Of a stretch of 64,000 nucleotides of DNA, positions 59,646 through 64,000 are shown piece after piece. The stretch covers positions 768,001 to 832,000 of the forward strand of contig CAWBOS010000012.1 in assembly GCA_963790475.1 (NCBI GenBank). Reading direction: 5' to 3'. The DNA comes from an uncultured delta proteobacterium (GTDB lineage: Bacteria; Desulfobacterota; RBG-13-43-22). Position 1 is the first letter of the stretch, and each line of letters begins with the position of its first letter. The translations under genes and the position numbers were made by a program. The notes beneath the pieces are model-generated. The model was not told the origin of the DNA. It saw only the letters and a program-made list of their open reading frames with translations, and did not search any database.

Positions 59646-60316
59646 GTTCTGCGGATCGACATCGACTTGAAGGTCAGGATTAAAGCGACCCCGGTTAGAA
59701 ATCCTCCTACATGAGCATACCAGGCCACGGACCCCCCTACGGTCCCGGCGTTTAATAACTGAACCAGGAACCACAACCCGAGAATCAGAACCGCCGGAAC
59801 TTTGATGACCTTAAAAAAAATTATGAAAATAAACAGGGTGGACACGTTGGCCCTGGGGAAAAGGATAAAGTAAGCCCCGAGGACGCCGGCGATGGCCCCG
59901 CTGGCTCCGATCATGGGAATTGGAGAGTTGAGGTCCGACAGGGTATGGATGAAAGCGGCAAAAAAACCGGCAATCAGATAGAAAAAAATAAATTTGACAT
60001 GTCCCAGGTAGTCTTCCACGTTTTTCCCAAAGATCCAGAGATAAAGCATATTTCCGAGTAAATGGACCAGTCCCCCGTGAAGAAACATGGAACTGAAGAT
60101 GGTCAAGGCGTAAGGAATGGTTTGAGGGGAATATTGGTCTCCCTCGAAGCGATGAATTAAGCGGCCGGGAATGGCCCCATAGCGAAAGAGAAAGGTCTCC
60201 AATCCCTCAGAAGATAAAGTGAGTTGATAAACATAAACCAGAATATTGATGGAAATAATGACAATGGTAATCAGAGGAAAGGTATTGTTCGGGGTATCGT
60301 TCTTGAGAGGAATCAT
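59642..60316 (-). CDS. Rhomboid intramembrane serine protease
   Basis: MFLHGG..HLLGNM, GASGA, AHVGGF. Confidence 0.93.
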   Translation of the reverse strand: MIPLKNDTPNNTFPLITIVIISINILVYVYQLTLSSEGLETFLFRYGAIPGRLIHRFEGDQYSPQTIPYALTIFSSMFLHGGLVHLLGNMLYLWIFGKNVEDYLGHVKFIFFYLIAGFFAAFIHTLSDLNSPIPMIGASGAIAGVLGAYFILFPRANVSTLFIFIIFFKVIKVPAVLILGLWFLVQLLNAGTVGGSVAWYAHVGGFLTGVALILTFKSMSIRRT

Positions 60317-60499
60317 CTCATGGCCAGCTGTCGAATTTTCTTCCCCTTGTATCCTTTTCGCCAAATAAGTCAAGGAAATTTTGTCGGCCTTTTCTTCCTT
60401 GATCTTTAATGAGAATTTGGTTACTATATATTAAAAAAAAATGCCCTTCGTCTTCAAACGTCGGGCGTTCGGTGAAACCCTTTTCAATCGGATTTTTTT

Positions 60500-61819
60500 A
60501 TGAAGCAGGTCCATATCGCCACCTTCGGCTGTCAGATGAACGAAAGAGATTCCCAAACCATTGTCCGGATTATGGCCGCTTGTGATTATCAGGTCACCGA
60601 GAGCATGGACCAGGCCGACCTGATTCTGGTTAATACCTGCAGCATCCGCCGAAAGGCGGAAGAGAAGACCTACAGCTTCCTGGGGCGTCTTAAAGAGTTA
60701 AAGAACAGAAATCCCGGTCTGGTCATTGGGGTGGGTGGATGTGTGGCCCAGCAGGAAGGGAAACGTTTATTGGAAAGGGTGCCCCACCTGGATTTAGTCT
60801 TCGGGACCCGGATGATCCATCAGCTTCCCGGCTTGATCGAAGAGGTCAAACAAGGTAAAACCCGGGTATCCCGCATTGAGATGACCGGGGGGGATTTATA
60901 TTCCGACCCCTGGCTGACGACGCCGGGCCTTTCACCGGGGCTCAAGGCCTCAATAACCATTATGCAGGGCTGCAACAATTATTGTGCTTATTGCGTGGTT
61001 CCTTATGTCCGTGGACCCGAGGAAAGCCGGCCGAGCCAGGAAATCCTTCCCGAGGTACAAGCCCTGGCGGCCAAAGGGGTTAAAGAGATTCTCCTCTTAG
61101 GCCAAAACGTAAACTCTTTTGGTCTGAACCGGGTGGGAGAAATTACCTTCGCTCATTTGTTGCTTCGCCTGGAAAAGGTTCCGGGACTGGAACGTGTCCG
61201 TTTCACTACGTCTCACCCTAAAGACCTGTCTCCGGAACTGATTAATTGTTTCGGGCGAATTGCCAATTTGTGTGAACATATTCATCTGCCGGTCCAGGCC
61301 GGCTCAAACCATATACTTAAGAAGATGAACCGCTGCTATACCCGGGAAGACTACCTGAAAAAGGTTGAGCAACTTAGAGAACGATGCCCCGGCATAGCCA
61401 TAACCAGCGATTTTATTGTCGGATTTCCCGGGGAGACCGAAGCCGATTTCGAGGAGACTATGGACCTGGTACGCACAGCCCAATTCGACGATATTTTTTC
61501 CTTTAAATACTCGAACCGTCCCCAAACACCAGCCTCCGGTTTTTCCGGCCAGGTGAATGAGGAAGAAAAAAGCAGCCGTTTAATGAAGATTCAGACCTAT
61601 CAGAAGAAAGTCACTCTTTCAAAGCAGCAGACTATGGAAGGGACCATTCAGCAGGTATTGGTGGAAGGGGCCAGTAAAAAATCCCCTCTGGACCTGATGG
61701 GGAGGACGCGTACCAATAAAATCGTCAATTTCCCCGGCCCCCCGGATCTGTTGGGGAAAACCGTACCGGTCCGCATTGAAAAGGCGTATATCAATTCATT
61801 AAAAGGAAGTTTGGTGTAA
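60500..61819 (+). CDS. miaB: tRNA-2-methylthio-N6-dimethylallyladenosine synthase
   Basis: TFGCQMN, NTCSIR, CNNYCAYC, LGQNVN, TSHP, TRAM domain. Confidence 0.95.
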   Translation: MKQVHIATFGCQMNERDSQTIVRIMAACDYQVTESMDQADLILVNTCSIRRKAEEKTYSFLGRLKELKNRNPGLVIGVGGCVAQQEGKRLLERVPHLDLVFGTRMIHQLPGLIEEVKQGKTRVSRIEMTGGDLYSDPWLTTPGLSPGLKASITIMQGCNNYCAYCVVPYVRGPEESRPSQEILPEVQALAAKGVKEILLLGQNVNSFGLNRVGEITFAHLLLRLEKVPGLERVRFTTSHPKDLSPELINCFGRIANLCEHIHLPVQAGSNHILKKMNRCYTREDYLKKVEQLRERCPGIAITSDFIVGFPGETEADFEETMDLVRTAQFDDIFSFKYSNRPQTPASGFSGQVNEEEKSSRLMKIQTYQKKVTLSKQQTMEGTIQQVLVEGASKKSPLDLMGRTRTNKIVNFPGPPDLLGKTVPVRIEKAYINSLKGSLV

Positions 61820-61914
61820 AAGATGCAGGATGCCGGAGAATACCATAATATAATTTTTCCCCCGCATCGTTTATCGTGCTTCCCGCATCTGGCATCTTTT
61901 CCTGTGGAGGTGTT

Positions 61915-62412
61915 ATGTCCATTCGAATGAAGGTTTTCGGGTTGACCATCGACCCATTAACCAACAGTCCGATTATGATCCTGAAAAGTCTCGAAGGTGA
62001 CAAGACGGTACCGATCTGGATAGGCCTTTTGGAAGCCACGGCCATCGCCGGTGAATTGGAAAACATTAAATTTCCCAGGCCCATGACCCATGACTTGATG
62101 AAGAATATGATGGATCAATTGGGAGTGCGGCTGGTTAAGGTTGAAATTTGTGACCTTAGGGATAATACCTTTTTTGCGCTGCTATATATGATCCTCAAAG
62201 ACAAGGAATTTTCAATGGATGCCCGTCCCAGCGACGCCATCGCTTTGGCCTTACGGGCCGACGCCCCCATCTACGTGGATGAACAGGTTATTTTGAAATC
62301 CAAAGACGTGGATCTGAGTCCCAAGGAAGAAGTTCAATCCGCAGAGGGCAAAAAATGGACGGAAATCCTGGAATCCTTATCTCCCGACGAATTCGGGAAA
62401 TATAAAATGTGA
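61915..62412 (+). CDS. Bifunctional nuclease (DUF151) family protein
   Basis: PIWIG..EA.AI, RPMTHDL, DARPSDAIALA. Confidence 0.92.
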   Translation: MSIRMKVFGLTIDPLTNSPIMILKSLEGDKTVPIWIGLLEATAIAGELENIKFPRPMTHDLMKNMMDQLGVRLVKVEICDLRDNTFFALLYMILKDKEFSMDARPSDAIALALRADAPIYVDEQVILKSKDVDLSPKEEVQSAEGKKWTEILESLSPDEFGKYKM

Positions 62413-62462
62413 CCCTCGGGAGAAAAAACGTTTGGTGTTAATCATTGGGCGAGGCCCTTATC

Positions 62463-62692
62463 ATGATTCGTTATTGGCCCCAAGGGACAACGAGTTCAAT
62501 AGGTGAGGCCGACCATCCCAAGTCTTCTCTCCCCCCGCAGAAATTTTTTATCTTCTCAGTGATGAATTTCATCAATGGTTTATTCCCGGACGTTCTGCCA
62601 CCTTCGGGGATTTTCTGGCTGACACCCTGGGAGGAGGATTCGGGGGTCTGCTCCTATTTAAATTTAAGAGAAAGGGTTTACGGATAAATTAA
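62463..62692 (+). pseudogene. VanZ-family remnant
   Basis: Frame 62555-62692 reads LSDEFHQWFIPGRSATFGDFLADTLG, the VanZ C-terminal motif; the middle of the gene is missing. Confidence 0.65.
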
Positions 62693-62697
62693 CGACC

Positions 62698-63354
62698 ATG
62701 ATCGATCTTCATTCGCATTCTCTATTCAGTGATGGGGACCTCCTGCCTTCAGAACTGGTCCGAAGGGCCGAGGTCAAGGGCTATCGGTATTGGGCCATTA
62801 CCGATCACGCCGATGTCTCCAACCTAGATCATATGGTTCCCCGAATCGTCTCAGCAGCCAGGGAATTAAACGCCCATTGGAGTATCAAGGTGATCCCCGG
62901 TGTTGAGTTGACCCATGTCCCGCCGGAAACGATTGCTGTTTTGGTTCAGAGGGCCAAGGAGCTGGGTGCCCGTCTCATTGTCGTTCACGGGGAAACTATT
63001 TCCGAGCCGGTAGCACCGGGAACCAATCAGGCGGCCATCGAGGCCGGGGTCCATATCCTGGCTCATCCGGGCCTGATTACTTCCCGGGAAGCGGATTTGG
63101 CGGCCCGGAATAAGGTTCTCTTGGAGATCACATCCCGAAAAGGGCACAGCCTGACCAACGGCCATGTGACGCGGATGGCCCAGTCGGCCGGGGCCGGCCT
63201 GGTTTTAAATTCCGATAGCCATTCACCGGAGGACATTGTTGCTTTGGACCGGCGTGAAAAAATTGTGAAAGGGGCCGGTTTGAATCAAGAAGCCCTGCAA
63301 CAGATGGATGAATCAGCCATCCACCTTTTTACTCGTTTGCTGGTTGACCTGTAA
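62698..63354 (+). CDS. PHP-domain (histidinol-phosphatase-like) protein
   Basis: IDLHSHS..SDG, ITDH, GVELTH, HGET, LAHPG, SDSH. Confidence 0.9.
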   Translation: MIDLHSHSLFSDGDLLPSELVRRAEVKGYRYWAITDHADVSNLDHMVPRIVSAARELNAHWSIKVIPGVELTHVPPETIAVLVQRAKELGARLIVVHGETISEPVAPGTNQAAIEAGVHILAHPGLITSREADLAARNKVLLEITSRKGHSLTNGHVTRMAQSAGAGLVLNSDSHSPEDIVALDRREKIVKGAGLNQEALQQMDESAIHLFTRLLVDL

Positions 63355-63637
63355 GCTTTTTCTGGCAGTGAAGGCCATTGGTGCCTTAACATACTTGATT
63401 TCTTGAATGACTTCTTTAGACTCCCCTGGAAAAAAGGTGAGGCCCTAAAGTGGGTCTGGAACTCACAAGCGGATTCCGTTATGCCCTAAGAACAGAGAGG
63501 ACTTTACCTATCATCCTGATCTTCAGGATCCATCGCCATCTCTTTTCCTATTCTTTTGTTGCCTATCGGCTCGAAGAGCAGAACAATATCCAAAAAATCA
63601 ATAGCTTTTTCATCCATTTTTAGAAAGGAGGGTCATC

Positions 63638-64000
63638 ATGTTTTGTCCAGCCTGTGGAACAAAAACCCAGAACAATGAAGAACGGTGTGCAAACTGCGGG
63701 GCGTCATTATTTCTGGAAAAACCGGCCGGCACCGGAACCCTTCCGCCCGATGACAACGATAAAGTCGTTGGCGGAAGAAGGATCGCCCGGCTGGGAGACC
63801 GTTTGCTGGCGATCATTATCGACGGTCTATTGGTTATGGCTGTTTTTGCCGTCGTGGGTACATGGATTGCATCCAGATGGGGAGGGATGGTAGAAAGCGG
63901 ATTTTCAATGACGGGAACCCCGGCGTTGATAGCCATGGGGTTAACAACGGTCTTTGCTTTTCTCTACTTCTGGTTTATGGAGGGCCTTTGGGGGGCCACC
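63638..64000 (+). CDS. Zinc-ribbon + RDD family membrane protein (partial, runs off the window)
   Basis: GGAGG RBS; MFCPACG...CANCG then ARLGDRLLAIIID...YFWFMEG..GAT. Confidence 0.85.
   Translation, partial: MFCPACGTKTQNNEERCANCGASLFLEKPAGTGTLPPDDNDKVVGGRRIARLGDRLLAIIIDGLLVMAVFAVVGTWIASRWGGMVESGFSMTGTPALIAMGLTTVFAFLYFWFMEGLWGAT

Noticed and set aside
1-64000. CRISPR arrays, tRNA, rRNA, prophage, integron integrase
   Set aside because: No regularly spaced repeat-spacer array, cloverleaf, rRNA-like tract, phage genes or tyrosine recombinase seen by eye.

Overview
Chromosomal window from an anaerobic bacterium; the gene content suggests Desulfobacterota (delta-proteobacteria). In order: (1) a minus-strand HydC/HydD/HydB(NuoF)-GltD flavoprotein operon with a DRTGG/CBS-RsbT/PHP/HATPase regulatory cassette, two sigma54 promoters and a [NiFe]-hydrogenase maturation protease; (2) lemA-TPM-TPM, lipBA and a GalT/HIT-like gene; (3) a decaying general-stress island (treT, cls, DUF6496, DUF748 fragment, PHP-kinase fusion, pssA); (4) three toxin-antitoxin modules with attC-like sites but no integrase; (5) an orphan NorQ/CbbQ ATPase with a giant repeat-containing NorD-like VWA protein; (6) an IS110 element, bacterioferritin and nitroreductase; (7) a fourth TA pair and an IS1595; (8) SDR, crotonase and a 4-hydroxybenzoyl-CoA-reductase-like Mo enzyme; (9) galT-glgA-HK-RR, two candidate small selenoproteins, an NtrY-like kinase, nadK, rhomboid, miaB and neighbours. 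The main find is a ~190-bp structured repeat present twice, with fully compensatory stems and complementary 7-nt kissing loops. One copy has been invaded at a CT core by the IS110. The IS110 3' non-coding end folds into a two-loop bridge-RNA-like structure whose putative guides match both the repeat target and the donor junction, and circularisation would create a TTGACA-17-TATATT promoter. Several small frameshifts may be assembly errors. All family calls come from motif recognition by eye, not database searches.
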